This document shows positions 61,801-64,000 of a DNA stretch of 64,000 nt, piece by piece (the stretch's first letter is position 1; each line of letters begins with the position of its first letter). Under the pieces are notes generated by a model. The model was not told the origin of the DNA, ran no database searches, and worked only from the letters and a program-made list of their open reading frames with translations. The stretch is from the NCBI GenBank assembly GCA_010093605.1, contig MU004185.1, positions 2,253,334-2,317,333 of the forward strand, written 5' to 3'. The position numbers and the translations under genes are program-made. This DNA comes from Lophium mytilinum. Its lineage: Eukaryota.

Positions 61801-62198
61801 TCACCGATGGCAGCGTCTCTTCGACTGGCGAACAAGACGATGACGACCTCCCCTCGGCTGAGGAACATCGGCTAGAATTTGACCGCCTACTCAAAGTCAA
61901 TGCCAGTGAGTCCGACCCTGCACATATGTACAGCGACGAGGAGTTTGCGCGCCTTTATCGTAATCGCCGAAACACGTTAGCTCATGTGCGCCTGATAAAC
62001 GGTCGCTATGGCGAGGATAGAGTTGAAGGTTGTTCGACATGTCAAACTGACGAGAGTGTACCAAAGAATGGCGTTGGATGTCGCGTGTACCGTGCAGAAT
62101 TTGCTGCGGCTGACAAAATGTATCATCCTTGTAACTGGTGCCGGCTTAAGCAAGGAAGGAAATGCTGGTTCAGGAAACCCGCATTCAGAGAAACATGA
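58886..62198 (+). CDS. BTB/POZ-like protein 3 with acidic linker and three C-terminal six-Cys repeats; apparent frameshift near 59433 (pseudogene or sequence error)
   Basis: IDPAGDL..VSSSCLRR|VSSKW..LFRIAH / ..LCVDYDTVELIRPF..AWVFGY|..CDAMAAGCL..H..C; predicted introns 59120-59329 and ~59732-59910. Confidence 0.7.
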
Positions 62199-62908
62199 TG
62201 TAGTCCTCCGAAGCATGGCATGAAATGCCAGCACTTTCTGTAGATCAACATACGCATAGCCTTATTTGCAAGTGCGATTAATGTCCCTTTAAGACACCAA
62301 AGCCCCTCGTCCGAATCAAGCAAAGATCAAGGGCACTACAGCCTGCGCAAATGAGAGAGGGCAAACTGATATACCACCTACATGTTTTTTCTTGAAATGC
62401 TGCGTACGCTGGGGTCGCTTACTAGAAAAAAGAATCATATATAAACATCCGTGCATTTTCACAGCCACTTAGATTAAGGAACTAGTCGTTGGCATCTAGA
62501 AATCACGTGACACATGATGAGGGTGTTTTTGAGAGCCGTATACCGCTGTAAATCTTTCCAGGGAAGGATGCCTCCTTGCAAGCACGCTCTCGTAGTTCAA
62601 TGTACTGACACCGATTGATCTTTAAGGAGGTCCCCGGTCTCTAATAACGTCTCACTGTTTACTGCTCATTCCCGCGTGAAAGGAAGCTGTAAAGGAGAAA
62701 GAATAATATTACCGGTCCAAAATGGACATTCGAATAAGGGCTTGGGTAATAGCATTCGTGCTAAGCAAATACTATATGGCACAGCTCGGCGTTAAACAGA
62801 TATGGTATTAATTTTAGTATGGAGCGGTTTCGGATGTTAGGGATAGGTAGGGGTTAAGGGGGATCCGAAAGACTGTTGGTCTATGCGTGGGCGCACGAGT
62901 AAAGGGTG

Positions 62909-63771
62909 GGTTCTGCGCTCTACGTATAGAGAAAGGAATTTCTTGGGGCGAGCTAAAGTATACATAGTAGAGCGCAGAAACCTCATTTTACCTGTTACTC
63001 CCGAGAAAGGTAGCTCTTGGCGCAAATGGAAAAGGGTAGAGCTCACAACCCCGAATTTACCCCGGCAGAACTCGGGTTACGTTGGCAGAACTCGGGTTAC
63101 GTTCGGGGTCCTGTGCTCCACACTTTTCCTGTTTAGGGTTGCGCACGGGTGAAAAGTAGGTTCTGCGAAAGGAAACTCTTGGCGCGAGGACAAGTGTGGA
63201 GGACAGACAGCAATTTCTCATCCGAGATAACCCCGCTAGAGCTCCCGCGCTAAGGTCTTTTCCTCCGAGGGTTTCCCCGGCCCCGGGAGGTAAAATATTC
63301 GGTTCTGCAAAAGGAAACTCTTGGCATGGCGAGGACAAGTGTGGAGGACAGACATCAATTTCTCATCCGAGATAACCCCGCTAGAGGTCTCGCGCTAAGG
63401 TTTTCTCCTCCGGGGGTTTCTCCGGCCCCGGGAGGTTGCGCGGGGGTAAATACCGGGTTCTGCAAAAGGCAACTCTTGGCAAGGCGAAAAAAAAGTGTGG
63501 AGCATAGAGATGAATTTCTCATCCGAGAGAACCCCGTGTAGGGCTTACGCTAAGAGCTTTTTTTCTCCGGAGGTTTTTCCGGCCCCGGGGGATAATGAAC
63601 AGGTAAATTCAGGTGAGAATTTGATGTCTGTCCTCCACACTTTTTCTACCCATGCCAAGAGTTCCCTTTGGGGCAACGCATAGGTAAATTTAGGTGAGAA
63701 ATCGGTGTCTATCCTCCACCTGCACACTTTTCCATGCGCGCCAAGAGTTTCCTTTAAGGGCAACGCACAGG
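62909..63771. repeat. Non-coding array of direct (~135-bp units) and inverted (~80-90-bp units) repeats sharing a ~60-bp core
   Basis: Direct units 63159-63290, 63301-63435 and 63456-63591; degenerate copies at ~62909 and ~63005; inverted copies 63601-63681 and 63682-63771. Confidence 0.9.
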
Positions 63772-64000
63772 GAAAAAAGGATCAGCTTCGCGCCTATGCA
63801 GACATCCCCGCTCACGATGTTTGTCTTCTCCCGTAATTCTCCATCTTTCAACAAAACATCCCACGCCAGGTCTCCTACACCTGCCAACCACGCCTCTAAT
63901 ATATTCCAATATCCCCGAATACAGTGCTAACCTCTTCCTCCGCGCGTTCAGGTGGAGATTAACCGCCTCCAAAGCTCTGGCTAGGGATTACGATTCGTCG

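Noticed and set aside
62837..62861. TTAGGG-like G-rich patch suggesting a telomere
   Set aside because: Only isolated TTAGGG matches, with no tandem array.
63159..63591. CRISPR-like appearance (repeats with short unique spacers)
   Set aside because: Repeats are ~135 bp and degenerate, spacers are only 10-20 bp, there are no cas genes, and the context is eukaryotic.
1..64000. tRNA, rRNA, Starship captain, NLR/HET or secondary-metabolite backbone genes
   Set aside because: No recognisable motifs were seen; a small ncRNA could be missed without covariance-model searches.

Overview
Filamentous ascomycete (fungal) genomic DNA, judged from GT-AG introns with CTRAY branch sites, fungal gene families and RIP-type mutation. 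Conserved genes are a ChaC gamma-glutamylcyclotransferase, a fungal transcription-factor-domain gene, a ZIP zinc transporter, a Cu(I) P1B-ATPase, a GRF zinc-finger gene, the U2AF large subunit and OGG1. They are interspersed with lineage-specific, birth-and-death regions. These contain a complete but RIP-inactivated Fot1/pogo transposon (43-bp TIRs, TA target duplication), several pseudogenes and an intron-split HExxH metalloprotease gene that the ORF track largely misses. The most unusual block is about 38-51 kb: three intronless paralogous atypical kinases (no catalytic-loop Lys, no APE) with CATTGT/ACAATG motif clusters upstream, plus a J-domain gene, two F-box genes and two BTB-like genes. 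A third BTB-like gene carries three tandem six-cysteine repeats. The window ends in a ~0.9-kb array of direct and inverted repeats that may be a mobile-element end. All family assignments come from motif recognition by eye; no searches were run. Exon boundaries are manual predictions.
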